From Candidatus Multivoradales bacterium (lineage in GTDB: Bacteria > Acidobacteriota > Thermoanaerobaculia > Multivoradales > JAHEKO01): DNA of 64,000 nt. Positions 1 to 9,646 of this stretch are shown here, in pieces; the first letter of the stretch is position 1; each line of letters starts with the position of its first letter. The DNA lies in contig CBDCVR010000014.1 of assembly GCA_965223155.1 (NCBI GenBank), positions 384,001-448,000 of the forward strand. The letters are read 5' to 3'. The position numbers and the translations under genes were made by a program. The notes below the pieces were generated by a model. It searched no databases, was not told where the DNA came from, and worked only from the letters and a program-made list of their open reading frames with translations.

Positions 1-550
1 ACGCGTCAAGGAGACGCTTGCGCTCTTTGTCGGACAGGAATCTCACCCTTCCCCTTGCTTCCTTGAGCCTGCGAACCCGCCGAACCGGGTTGTGTTCTAT
101 CCACTCCCACTCCCGAACAGCGACGGTGAAGGCGTGGCTCAGGGTTGCGAGGTAGCGATTGACTGTAGCCGGCGCTCGCTTCCCTCCCCTGGCCAGTTCA
201 TCCCGCCTACTCGCTATCAATCCTGGGGACACATCGGCCAGAACGAAGGCGCCGAGGGCTTCCTTCCAATACTCGAGGTGCCGCTCTTGCACCTTGGCTG
301 TCCGCGGGCTCTTCGTCGGAACCACCTCAGCCTGGTACCGATCAAGAAGGGCCTGAAGGGTGTGCTTCCTCGCTCTGCTGGCCTTGAAGTACCTTCCCTC
401 TCGAATTGCCGACTCAGTGTCCTGAGCCCAGCGCTTCGCGTCGGTCTTTCGACGGAAAGTCGCCGACTCCGGCGGGCGCCCCTTCAGCCGAACTAGCACG
501 CGGTAGCGGACCTTGCCCGACTGTGTGACTCTCCGCTCGATGGTAGCCAT
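1..550 (-). CDS. Tyrosine recombinase/phage integrase, N-terminal part (runs off the window edge)
   Basis: Manual minus-strand translation from ATG at 550: MATIERRVTQSGKVRYRVLVRLKGRPPESATFRRKTDAKRWAQDTE...APATVNRYLATLSHAFTVAVREWEWIEHNPVRRVRRLKEARGRVRFLSDKERKRLLDA. This fits integrase arm-binding and core-binding regions. It lies just 3' of a tRNA and is absent from the ORF track. Confidence 0.9.
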   Translation of the reverse strand, partial: MATIERRVTQSGKVRYRVLVRLKGRPPESATFRRKTDAKRWAQDTESAIREGRYFKASRARKHTLQALLDRYQAEVVPTKSPRTAKVQERHLEYWKEALGAFVLADVSPGLIASRRDELARGGKRAPATVNRYLATLSHAFTVAVREWEWIEHNPVRRVRRLKEARGRVRFLSDKERKRLLDA

Positions 551-662
551 ATCACTCGCGATCCAGTTCTCAACTGTACCACGAGTGCACCATCAGCCCT
601 TTTCGCCGTTGACCGGACCGGGGCCTGAGATATAGAAGTCTTTTTCTTTCAGTGCTTTACGA

Positions 663-738
663 TGGTGGGCCGTGAGGGAATCGAACCCCCGACCATCAGA
701 TTAAAAGTCTGCAGCTCTACCAACTGAGCTAACGGCCC
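663..738 (-). tRNA. tRNA-Lys (anticodon UUU)
   Basis: Reverse complement GGGCCGTTAGCTCAGTTGGTAGAGCTGCAGACTTTTAATCTGATGGTCGGGGGTTCGATTCCCTCACGGCCCACCA: 76 nt with D-loop, TTCGA T-loop, CTTTTAA anticodon loop and encoded CCA. Confidence 0.97.
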
Positions 739-777
739 GAGGCGCGGAGTATAGCGAAGGCCAGGGGCCTGAAACCG

Positions 778-1740
778 TCAGCCGGCGGCGCTCGAAAGGT
801 GCTGGTCGCGGTACCAGGCGTAGGTGGTTTCGATGCCGTCGCGGAGGTCGATGCTGTGGCGCCAGCCGAGGTCGTGGAGGCGGGAGACGTCGAGGAGTTT
901 CTGCGGCATGCCGTCGGGTTTCGACGGGTCGAAGACGATCTCGAGGCCGGGGGCGACGACATCGCGCAGGGTCTCGGCCAGCTCGCGGATGGTGAGGTCG
1001 GAGCCGGTGCCGACGTTGACGTGGAGATCGTCGTCGTAGCGACGCATGAGAAAGAGGCAAGCGTCGGCCAGGTCGTCAACGTGCAAGAACTCGCGCCTCG
1101 GGGTGCCGCTTCCCCAGACGACGACCTCGGAGCGCCCGGCTTCGCGCGCTTCGTGGAACTTCCGCATCAGGGCCGGCAAGACGTGGGCTTCCTCGAGGTC
1201 GAAATTGTCGCCCGGGCCGTAGAGGTTGGTGGGCATGGCCGAGATGAAGTCGCAGCCGTACTGCCGGCGGTAGGCCTGGCAGAGCTTGATGCCAGCGATC
1301 TTGGCGACGGCGTAGGGCTCGTTGGTGGGCTCGAGCGGACCGGTCAGGAGCACGCCTTCGGACATCGGCTGCGGGCTCTCCCGCGGATAGATGCAGGAGC
1401 TCCCCAGGTAGAGCAAGCGCTTGACCGGATGAGCGTGGGCGGCATGAACCACGGTGGCATGGATCATCAGGTTGTCGTACAGGAACTCGGCGGGGCGCGT
1501 TGAGTTGGCCAGGATGCCGCCGACCGTGCCCGCCGCCAGGAAGACGTAGTCGGGCCGGTTGGCCCGGAACCAGGCGTTGACCGCAGCCTGGTCGCGGAGA
1601 TCCAGCTCGTCGCGACCGGCCGTCAAGAGGCTGGTGAAGCCCTCGGCCTCGAGGCGGCGCACGATGGCCGAGCCCACCAGGCCTCGGTGTCCGGCGACGT
1701 AGATCTTGGAGTCCGGTTCCGGAACCGGGATCGGTGCCAT
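778..1740 (-). CDS. fcl: GDP-L-fucose synthase
   Basis: GHRGLVGS Rossmann motif, [13 protein letters not shown] catalytic motif, [26 protein letters not shown]. Confidence 0.95.
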   Translation of the reverse strand: MAPIPVPEPDSKIYVAGHRGLVGSAIVRRLEAEGFTSLLTAGRDELDLRDQAAVNAWFRANRPDYVFLAAGTVGGILANSTRPAEFLYDNLMIHATVVHAAHAHPVKRLLYLGSSCIYPRESPQPMSEGVLLTGPLEPTNEPYAVAKIAGIKLCQAYRRQYGCDFISAMPTNLYGPGDNFDLEEAHVLPALMRKFHEAREAGRSEVVVWGSGTPRREFLHVDDLADACLFLMRRYDDDLHVNVGTGSDLTIRELAETLRDVVAPGLEIVFDPSKPDGMPQKLLDVSRLHDLGWRHSIDLRDGIETTYAWYRDQHLSSAAG

Positions 1741-1897
1741 GTGGCGATTCTACTCGCCGCCTCGGGCATCCAGTGCTCCGGGGGCCGTTTGGATTGGGGT
1801 GGATCCGGGCCAGGTCCGAGTCAGGCCCGCGCCAGATCCGAGTCAAACCCAGCCCGGCCCGATCCAGTCGGCTTCGCTTCACCGGCTGCTCGGCCGG

Positions 1898-3199
1898 CTA
1901 GAGACGGGGCGCGAGCTCGGCCAGCCGCCCCCCGGGCCGAACGATGGTCTCTTCGCGCTTGGGGCCGGTCGAGAGGATGCCGATCTCGGTGCCGAGGGCC
2001 TCTTCCACGAACTCGACGTAGCGCCGGGCGTTCTCGGGCAGGTCCTCGTAGCCGAGACAGCCCACGGTGTCCTGGCGCCAGCCGGGCAGCGTCCGGTAGA
2101 CCGGCTGCGCGCTCGCCAGGCGGTCCAGACGGGCCGGCACTTCGGTGACCTCGTAGCCATCGATCTCGTAGCCAACGCAAACGTCGATGGTTTCGAAGGT
2201 GTCGAGGACGTCGAGTTTGGTGAGCGCGATCGAGTCCACCCCGTTGACCAGGCAGGCGTAGCGGGCGACGACCAGGTCGAGCCAGCCGCAGCGGCGCGGC
2301 CGGCCGGTGGTGGTGCCGAACTCGTTGCCGCGTTTCCGCAGAAACTCACCGGCTTCGTCTTCGAGCTCGGTGGGGAACGGCCCCTCCCCGACCCGCGTGG
2401 TGTAGGCCTTGAGAACGCCGATCGAGCCGTCGATCTTGGACGGCGGCACGCCGGAGCCGGTTGCGGCCCCGCCGGCGGTGGCGTTGGAGCTGGTGACGTA
2501 GGGATAGGTGCCGTGATCGACGTCCAGGAGCACGCCCTGGGCGCCTTCGAAAAGAACGCTCTTGCCTTCCCGAATCCAGTCGTCCAGCCGGTAGGCGGTG
2601 TTGGCGGTGAAGGGCTGGAGCCGCTCGCCCCAAGCGCGGCAAGCCGCGACCAGCCGGTCGAGCTCCTCGGTGGCCAGGGGTCTGCCGACCAGGGCGCGGC
2701 CGGCGGCGAGCTTGTCCGCGAGGTCGGGAGCTTCGAGGTCGGCAACGCGAATGCCCCGGCGGGCGACCTTGGCCTCGTAGGCCGGGCCAATGCCCTTGGC
2801 TGTGGTGCCGATCTTGCGCTCGCCGCGGGCGGCTTCCCGCTCGCGATCGCTCTCGGCATGACCGGGCAAGAGCACCTGGGCGCGGTCGGAGACCCAGAGC
2901 CGGCCGTCCGGGCGCACGCCGGCCTCGGCCAGCCGCTCGAGCTCCGCAAAGAGCGCCTCCGGGGCGATGACCATGCCGTTGCCCAGGACGCAGTGCATGT
3001 CCGGCCTCAGAATGCCCGAGGGAATCAGATGGAGCGCGAAGTGGCGCTCGCCGGTGCCGTCGGCGAACTTGACCGTGTGGCCGGCGTTGTTGCCACCCTG
3101 GAAGCGCACCACCGCGTCGAAGGCCGGACAGAGCAGATCGACGACCTTGCCCTTGCCCTCATCGCCCCACTGCATTCCGGTGACGACGACGTTGGCCAT
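1898..3199 (-). CDS. purA: Adenylosuccinate synthetase
   Basis: QWGDEGKGK, GGNNAGHT, GIGPAYE, EGAQG, EFGTTTGRPRRCGWLD motifs. Start placed at MANVVVTG (3199). Confidence 0.97.
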   Translation of the reverse strand: MANVVVTGMQWGDEGKGKVVDLLCPAFDAVVRFQGGNNAGHTVKFADGTGERHFALHLIPSGILRPDMHCVLGNGMVIAPEALFAELERLAEAGVRPDGRLWVSDRAQVLLPGHAESDREREAARGERKIGTTAKGIGPAYEAKVARRGIRVADLEAPDLADKLAAGRALVGRPLATEELDRLVAACRAWGERLQPFTANTAYRLDDWIREGKSVLFEGAQGVLLDVDHGTYPYVTSSNATAGGAATGSGVPPSKIDGSIGVLKAYTTRVGEGPFPTELEDEAGEFLRKRGNEFGTTTGRPRRCGWLDLVVARYACLVNGVDSIALTKLDVLDTFETIDVCVGYEIDGYEVTEVPARLDRLASAQPVYRTLPGWRQDTVGCLGYEDLPENARRYVEFVEEALGTEIGILSTGPKREETIVRPGGRLAELAPRL

Positions 3200-3392
3200 G
3201 AGAAGTTCCTTGGTATCGCTCGGGTCGGTGGGCGGTGGTTTCGAAACCGCGCACAAGCACCGACGGGCAATCGACTCGGATCGGTCTGGAGCCGGCGCGA
3301 TGCCGGGCCGGAACCGGCAGGCTAGCAGAGGCGAGGGGCCGGACGAAACCTGTCCCGATTCGTGGCGTAGAGTGAGATGGGAGGGTCAAGCC

Positions 3393-4091
3393 ATGAACCG
3401 ACTCGCTATTCGATCCACGATTCTTTTTTCGCCTCGCTTCGCCGCGGCTCTCGCGGCCGCGTTGACCGCCTGCGGCCTCGCCGCCCTCGCCGCGAACCCG
3501 GCCTGGGGCGCCGAACGGCGGGACATCGAACAGACCTACGACGCCAAGGAATTGACGCTGTTGCGCGTCGAGATCCCGGTGGTCGAGGTCCGCTTCACCG
3601 GCGGCTCGTCCCGCGAGGTCGAGGTCGCGATCGACGCCCGCTGCCGGCGCTCGTCCAACGACTGCGAACGCGCTCTGGAGGACTTGCACCTCGAAGAGCG
3701 GCGGCGCGGCGATCGGCTGACCCTCGAGCTCGACGGCTATCCCAAGTGGGGCAAGGGCCGCCTCGAGATCGAGGCCACGATCGCCGTTCCGGCCACAGTC
3801 GACCTGGATCTCGACGTCGGCGTGGGCGAGGTCGAGGTCGAAGGCATGCTCGGCGACATCGACGTCGAGCTGGGCGTCGGCGAGCTCGAGATCTTCACCG
3901 GCACCGAGCATCTACGCTCGATCGATCTGGACGTGGGCGTGGGCGAGGCCGAGATCTACGGCAACGCCCGTCACGTCGAGGGTCGACGCTCCTTCCTGGT
4001 AGGCAGCGAGGTCTACTGGTCGGAAGGCGAGGGCGAAAAGCGGATCACCGCCGACGTGGGCGTTGGCGAAGCCACGGTCCGCGTGGACTAG
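3393..4091 (+). CDS. Secreted beta-strand repeat protein (DUF4097/adhesin-like)
   Basis: Signal peptide (..AANPAWG-AE) and repeated DLDVGVGE / DVELGVGE / ADVGVGE motifs. Confidence 0.6.
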   Translation: MNRLAIRSTILFSPRFAAALAAALTACGLAALAANPAWGAERRDIEQTYDAKELTLLRVEIPVVEVRFTGGSSREVEVAIDARCRRSSNDCERALEDLHLEERRRGDRLTLELDGYPKWGKGRLEIEATIAVPATVDLDLDVGVGEVEVEGMLGDIDVELGVGELEIFTGTEHLRSIDLDVGVGEAEIYGNARHVEGRRSFLVGSEVYWSEGEGEKRITADVGVGEATVRVD

Positions 4092-4169
4092 TTCCGCCGC
4101 ACCGGGCGCAGCAGAAACCGGGCGGGGCCACCGGCTGAGCCGGCGACCCCGCCCTCCCCCACCCACGCT

Positions 4170-7100
4170 TCAATTCGCCAACGGGTCGGTGCACCCTGAG
4201 TACACCGAGTCGAACGCCTGGAGGAACTCGGGGCCCCCACCGATGCCCCGCCAAAATCGCTCCCAGGTGGCATACGCGTGTGGCATGACCTGAGGGCTGT
4301 CGCACACCACCGAATCGGCGAATGCGTGCGAGAAGTTGGCGTCGTTCCACGCCAGGCTGCTGGCCTGCGAGATATGGCAGGTCCGGCACGACTTGGCGAT
4401 GATGTTCTTGTAGTAGAGCTCGTTGTCGGCCTGGGTGTGGGAACTTGTGGCCTGTTCCCAGCCGGGCACGACGAAGCCGACCGCTTGATTCCCGGGGAAT
4501 CCGGCGTCGGGATTGGCCGCTAGCGCCGGGTACATCTCTTCGATGGTCTCGGTGGTGGCGCTGTTGGCCGTGGTGATTGAGGTCCGGAGCACGATCTTGT
4601 TGAGCTCGAAGAAGTTCGGCTCCTGCCCGGCGCGGTCGAGCCCCAGGCTCTGGACCGTGCGCGGCACGACCTCATTGATGTCGGCGAAATCGATCGCGTT
4701 GTCGTTGTTGGCGTCGACGTAGGTGATGATCGCGCCGTCATCAACGAAGGTGAAGCTCTCGAGATCGAATGGAATGAAGCGCGCCCCCGGCGTGCCCAGG
4801 CGCGCGTCGGCGAAGCGCTGGACCGTGCCCGAAGTCAGGTCGGTCGGAATCTCGAAGGCGTACTTCTGGAGGTTCGCGGGCACCGGATCCGGGAGCTGGG
4901 CCACGCTGCCGCCGTGGCAGACGGTGCAGAGCTGCGGCACGGCGCGCTCACCGAAGCCATCCAGGTTGACGCCGGTGTTGACGACCAGGTTGCCGGCTCC
5001 GTCGTAGACGTAGAACTTGACGAGCCGATCGCCCGAGGACGTGCAGCCGGCCGCCGGATTGGCCGGATCCACGAGTTCGTCGAAGGGCGTGTACTCCATC
5101 GCCACGGTCGCGATGACGCCAGGATCGGGCACGCCCGAGAGCCCCGGATCGGCCTTCAGCAGGGCGTGGATCTCGAGACCGGTCGCGGCCCGCAAGAAGT
5201 CGTCGTTGTCGGGCGTCGGGCTGTTGGAACCGCCATTGTTGTAGCCACCCTGGCCGTAGTTGCTGACGTAGCAGGCGACGTCGCAAGCCACGTCCCCGGC
5301 TAGACCGCCGTCGCAGTTGGACTTGCGGCAGTACATCTCCCGGCCGAAGCCCAGGTCCACGGTGTTGGCGTAGACAGCGCGGACGACGCCCCCCGAGGCA
5401 AAGCCGTTGGCGTTGCGAAACTCGGTCAGAGTGGCGCGCTCGTCGCAGGGATCGATGGTCTCGTAGTAGGCGGCCTGCGACTGCTGGAAGCTGCTCTTGA
5501 TGGTCTGGTCGGCCTCGTAGGGAACGTCGGTGCTGCCGACCGAGCTGGCGCCGAAGAGCCCCGGCCAGGCGCTCAGGAACGCGTTGTCGTCGGCTCGGTC
5601 GGGCATGTCGATCACCTTGGGCTGGACGGCCTGGCCGCAGGCCGGATAGCCCTGGGCCTCCTGGGCCTCGAGGGCGGCGTTCGAGATGCCGTAGGGCGCG
5701 CCGGTGTTGGCCTCGTAGGTGCCGACCAGCAGACCCGGATCGAGCGTGTTGCCGCCGAGCTCGGTAATCGAGTTGTCGTAGATACGAATCTCGACCTGCT
5801 CGTTGGGCGGCAGATTGTAGAGGGCGTGAAGCGTGGACGGGGAGTTCTGGATCGTCGAGGGGATCGGCGTCAGCACCTCGCTACTCGAGAGCACCGTCAT
5901 CTCCAGGGTGAAGACGTCGGGCATCTCCGAGGCGTCGATGGCGATGCACGCGGGATCGGACTTGTACTCGTCCATGTTGACCGCGCTGAAGTGACTGACC
6001 TTGGCCTGGTACTGGTTCCCGACCAGGTCGGCCATGAGCTGCTGCCCGCCCGCGGTCTGGTAACCGCGCCACAGGCCGCTCGACGGCTCGTAGCTCAGCA
6101 CCGGGATCTTGGTCTGCGGCTGGAAGGCCGGTCCCTGGCGGTCCGGAGGAATCGGAATCTCGATGGTCGCCGCCGAGCCGGCACTGAGCTGCGCCGGCTT
6201 GCCGCCCGAGGAGAGCTCCACGTAGCCGGCGCCGAAGCTCTGCATGAATCTCTCGGCGCCGGTCACGGTCGCGGCGGTGTAATCGCCGGGCATGGCGTCC
6301 GGCGCTCCCAGATCGACGGTACCGATCGCGATCTGAATCGTCGCGTTGGGACCGAGCGCCGAGCCGTCGGCCAGAACCACCCCCATCGGCGGGATCTCGA
6401 CGGTGATACCGGGGCCACAGTCCTTGGGATAGCGCTTCGAAGGCACGTGGCTTCGCGTCGGGTCCTCGGTCTGGCGCGGCCGGATCACCCGGCCCTGGCG
6501 ATCGAAGCCCACTCGGGTCGCCCGCAGTGCCGTCCGTTTGGCACCCAGGATCTCGGTCATGGCGCGCCAGTCGATTCTCGCGCTGGGCGGGCCCAGGCAG
6601 TCCTCGGGCCGGCGCTCGTGGGTGATCCTGATGCCATCCTCGTGCGGGAAGGTCGCGACCTGGGCCCGCGCCAGCGTCCATCGGCCGTCGGTGACGGCGT
6701 CGGTATAGACCCGCGAAACCGGCGCGTATCCTGGATGGTGAATGTTGAGCACGTAGCGGCCGCGCTCGGGGACGTTCAGCCGGAAGCGCCCTCCGGCCAG
6801 AGCGACGGTCTCTTGTCCGGCGACCGAGACGCGGGCACCGCCGAGCAAGGCGCCATCGTTCCCCCGCACCAGGCCGGAGAAGGTCACGCCGTCCCCGGTC
6901 GTCGAGACCACGACCTCGTGGCTCTTGTAGCCGCCGAACCCATCGTGGGCCAGAACGGTTACCCAGTGGCGCCCGGGCGTTGCCGGAAGCTTCCACTCGA
7001 CGGCGGGACCGGTGGCCGCGGACAGCGTGCCGCCGCCAGCCGAGACCCGCCAGTGGTAGGTAAGCGGGTGACCGTCAAGGTCGTTGGCGACGGCCTCGAG

Positions 7101-7934
7101 CTCCAGTACGTCGCCCGACGTTCCGGTCCGCACCACCTCGCCCGCCGCGTTGCGGGCGGCAAGCGGTGCCAGCGTCGGCTCGTGGTTGGCGAGAACGAGA
7201 TCGACGCGGCTCGGGAAGTGGTCTGTCGCAAGCGCTGGCGGGACCGCCACGCTGGTGCTCGTCTTCTCGATCGAGCCAACCAGAGTCGGGATCCCCAACG
7301 GAACTTTCGGTAAGAGATACCAACCGAAGTTGTCGACGAAGGCCGAGTTGCCACTCGGATCCGCGACCACGCCCAGAGCGTTGACCTCGAAGAACGGCAA
7401 GAGCGTGCGCACGGTCCCGCCGTCGGCGAAGCGGACTTTGCCGAAGAAGGCCTTGAAGCCGTCTTCCCGAGCCAGCCGGATCGGAACCTGTCCAAGATGG
7501 ACCCGTTCGCCACTGACGGTGAACGCCTTGCCGCAGCCCGGGATGAAGCCGTCCCGCTTCCAGCAGAGCTGGTAGGTGCCCGGCACCTGCGCGGGGAAGT
7601 GGAAGCGACCGCTCAAGTCCGTCCGCACGGGGTCGGAGTCAGCCTGGGTGGCCATGTTCTGCAGCCAGGCGTCAACGTCCGGCACGTGGAGCTGGACGCC
7701 GCCGGGCGCGCCCACGTCGTCGAAGCTCGGGGTCACGACCAGGTAGCCCTTGACCTCGACCGGGGTCAAGGCCAGCGGAACGAGAGCTCCGCCGGGTCCG
7801 TCGGGCGGCAGGATCTCTTTCGGTCCGCACGCTATGGCAGCCAGGACCGCCGCGGCGGCCAGCCCGACCACCAGCGGGACGCCAACGAAGTAGGAGAACC
7901 ATTGACGTGTATTTCGGGGCAATGGACGGCGCAT
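4170..7934 (-). CDS. Large lipoprotein: carboxypeptidase-regulatory-like and PKD/Ig-like domains plus C-terminal di-heme cytochrome c domain
   Basis: GGAGGA RBS before ATG 7934. Hydrophobic segment ending LAAIAC (lipobox-like), DLDGHPLTYHW PKD-like motif, CTVCH and CRTCH heme motifs, EF-hand-like DANNDNAIDFAD. Confidence 0.75.
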   Translation of the reverse strand: MRRPLPRNTRQWFSYFVGVPLVVGLAAAAVLAAIACGPKEILPPDGPGGALVPLALTPVEVKGYLVVTPSFDDVGAPGGVQLHVPDVDAWLQNMATQADSDPVRTDLSGRFHFPAQVPGTYQLCWKRDGFIPGCGKAFTVSGERVHLGQVPIRLAREDGFKAFFGKVRFADGGTVRTLLPFFEVNALGVVADPSGNSAFVDNFGWYLLPKVPLGIPTLVGSIEKTSTSVAVPPALATDHFPSRVDLVLANHEPTLAPLAARNAAGEVVRTGTSGDVLELEAVANDLDGHPLTYHWRVSAGGGTLSAATGPAVEWKLPATPGRHWVTVLAHDGFGGYKSHEVVVSTTGDGVTFSGLVRGNDGALLGGARVSVAGQETVALAGGRFRLNVPERGRYVLNIHHPGYAPVSRVYTDAVTDGRWTLARAQVATFPHEDGIRITHERRPEDCLGPPSARIDWRAMTEILGAKRTALRATRVGFDRQGRVIRPRQTEDPTRSHVPSKRYPKDCGPGITVEIPPMGVVLADGSALGPNATIQIAIGTVDLGAPDAMPGDYTAATVTGAERFMQSFGAGYVELSSGGKPAQLSAGSAATIEIPIPPDRQGPAFQPQTKIPVLSYEPSSGLWRGYQTAGGQQLMADLVGNQYQAKVSHFSAVNMDEYKSDPACIAIDASEMPDVFTLEMTVLSSSEVLTPIPSTIQNSPSTLHALYNLPPNEQVEIRIYDNSITELGGNTLDPGLLVGTYEANTGAPYGISNAALEAQEAQGYPACGQAVQPKVIDMPDRADDNAFLSAWPGLFGASSVGSTDVPYEADQTIKSSFQQSQAAYYETIDPCDERATLTEFRNANGFASGGVVRAVYANTVDLGFGREMYCRKSNCDGGLAGDVACDVACYVSNYGQGGYNNGGSNSPTPDNDDFLRAATGLEIHALLKADPGLSGVPDPGVIATVAMEYTPFDELVDPANPAAGCTSSGDRLVKFYVYDGAGNLVVNTGVNLDGFGERAVPQLCTVCHGGSVAQLPDPVPANLQKYAFEIPTDLTSGTVQRFADARLGTPGARFIPFDLESFTFVDDGAIITYVDANNDNAIDFADINEVVPRTVQSLGLDRAGQEPNFFELNKIVLRTSITTANSATTETIEEMYPALAANPDAGFPGNQAVGFVVPGWEQATSSHTQADNELYYKNIIAKSCRTCHISQASSLAWNDANFSHAFADSVVCDSPQVMPHAYATWERFWRGIGGGPEFLQAFDSVYSGCTDPLAN

Positions 7935-8233
7935 GGGGTCTCCTCCGTGAGCTTGGTGGTTCGAGATTGCGGGTACCAGCGATGTCGGTTGGGCGATGTC
8001 GTCGGTCTCGGGACTCGGTTTCGTCGTTGCATCGAGGGTGGGCCTCGAGGGGCTGTCTCGACGGTGCCAGGACATCAGGTCGCCGGCCTCCGCGTCTTCA
8101 AACGCCGGTCAAAGAACTCTCAAAGCGGCGTCCGAGGCCGCGGCCGGCGCTTTGGTATCCTGCCCATGGACCAGACGGCGGGCCTGACCCGCGAGCCCGG
8201 CCGTTCCGGCCTTGCACAACCGCCCGCGAGCCC

Positions 8234-9610
8234 ATGACACTCGGCGCCCCAACCGAACGACGCCGCCGGGCCGTCGGGGTGAAAGCGCTGGCCGCGGGTC
8301 TCGCCACGATCTTGGGGCTGGGACTGGCCGAGATCGCGGTCCGGATCGTCCAACCGGCCTCGCGCCTGGTGATTCAGCCGGGCGGCCTCTACGAACCGGA
8401 TCCGCCGGGACGCTACCGGCTCCGCCCGGGCTACAGCGGGCGCATGACCCGCGCCCGGGAGTTCGATATTGATGTCCACATCAATCAACTTGGCGTGCGT
8501 GGTCCGGAGGTCGGCACCTCTCTTGGAACTTTTCCGGCTGAAGCTTCTCCGGGTACCTCGAAGGCCCAAACCCTCCAGGCGCGAGGTGTCCAGACAGAAG
8601 CCGTGCGCCTCCTGGCCTTGGGGGATTCCTTCACCTTTGGAGTCGGAGTCGAGGACTCGGAGACGTTTTCGACCCTCGCCGCGGCCGCGCTTGCAGAAAC
8701 CGGCCGGCCGGCCCTGGCGCTCAATGCCGGCATCCCGGCCTTCGGCGTGCCGGACGCGGTGGGATGGCTAGCGCGGCATGGAGTCGAGCTCGAACCCGAC
8801 CTGGTGCTGCTGTCGATCTTCCTGGGCAACGATCTGGTGGACGCGTCACCGAACCGCGAGGAGATTCTCGTCGTCGATGGCCTGTTGGCGCCCAAGGAGT
8901 CACCGCGCGGCCCCGGGGCCTGGCTGCACAGGAATTCCCATCTCTACGTGCTGGTCAAGGGCTTCAGCGAGGGTCCGCTGGTCCGGCCGCTGCGGGCGAA
9001 GCTGGGCCTGGGCGAGCCCTGGAGGGTGCGGGTCTTACGCGAAGAGCTCGCGATCTACGACCGGGAAGCGGTCTCGAAGCTGGCTCCGGCGGCGGCCGCC
9101 ACCGACGGGGCCTTGGGGCGGCTTGCGGAACTCGCAGCCGAGGGTGGATTCACCGTTCTCGTCCAGCTCATTCCGAGCGATCTCGAGGTGGATCCAGGAC
9201 GTTGGGGCCGGGTGCTCGCGGAGCTGGATCTCGACCCGAAGCGCTACGACGCGGCCGTCCCGAGACACCTGGTGACCGAGCTGCTTGCAAATCGGGGAAT
9301 CGACTGGGTGGATCCGTCCGCGGCTCTCGCCGAGGGGATCGCGGCGGGGAGAAGGCTCTACTTTCCCGAAGACCGGCACTGGACCGCCGAGGCGCATGCT
9401 CTGGCGGCGGACCTCCTGGCGCCGGCCATCGAACAGGCGCTCGCCGGACGGGTCGGCGGAGGGGTCAGCCAAGAAACCGGCCAGTCCCGGGACGCTGGCC
9501 CGGATCTGGAGCCGCTGGAGCCTGACTTGGAGCTGGACGAAGGGGTTGACGACGGGCTCGGCACAAAGCCGAATCCAGGCCAGGACCGGAGCTCCGAGAG
9601 TTCGCTGTGA
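8234..9610 (+). CDS. SGNH/GDSL hydrolase (AlgJ/AlgX-like), membrane-anchored
   Basis: N-terminal TM helix, LGDSFTFG, FLGND and DRHWT motifs. Confidence 0.8.
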   Translation: MTLGAPTERRRRAVGVKALAAGLATILGLGLAEIAVRIVQPASRLVIQPGGLYEPDPPGRYRLRPGYSGRMTRAREFDIDVHINQLGVRGPEVGTSLGTFPAEASPGTSKAQTLQARGVQTEAVRLLALGDSFTFGVGVEDSETFSTLAAAALAETGRPALALNAGIPAFGVPDAVGWLARHGVELEPDLVLLSIFLGNDLVDASPNREEILVVDGLLAPKESPRGPGAWLHRNSHLYVLVKGFSEGPLVRPLRAKLGLGEPWRVRVLREELAIYDREAVSKLAPAAAATDGALGRLAELAAEGGFTVLVQLIPSDLEVDPGRWGRVLAELDLDPKRYDAAVPRHLVTELLANRGIDWVDPSAALAEGIAAGRRLYFPEDRHWTAEAHALAADLLAPAIEQALAGRVGGGVSQETGQSRDAGPDLEPLEPDLELDEGVDDGLGTKPNPGQDRSSESSL

Positions 9611-9646
9611 GACAATTGCCCGGCGGGATCCGACTCGCCCAACACC

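Noticed and set aside
92-496. Plus-strand 134-aa ORF
   Set aside because: Antisense shadow of the minus-strand integrase.
1790-1870. Short degenerate repeats (tccgagtca twice) between purA and fcl
   Set aside because: Too short and irregular for a CRISPR array or meaningful tandem repeat; no cas genes.
1706-3325. Long antisense or alternate-frame ORFs (also 21075..22874, 29491..31026, 35090..36904, 52655..54688)
   Set aside because: High-GC shadow frames overlapping well-supported genes, with no motifs of their own.
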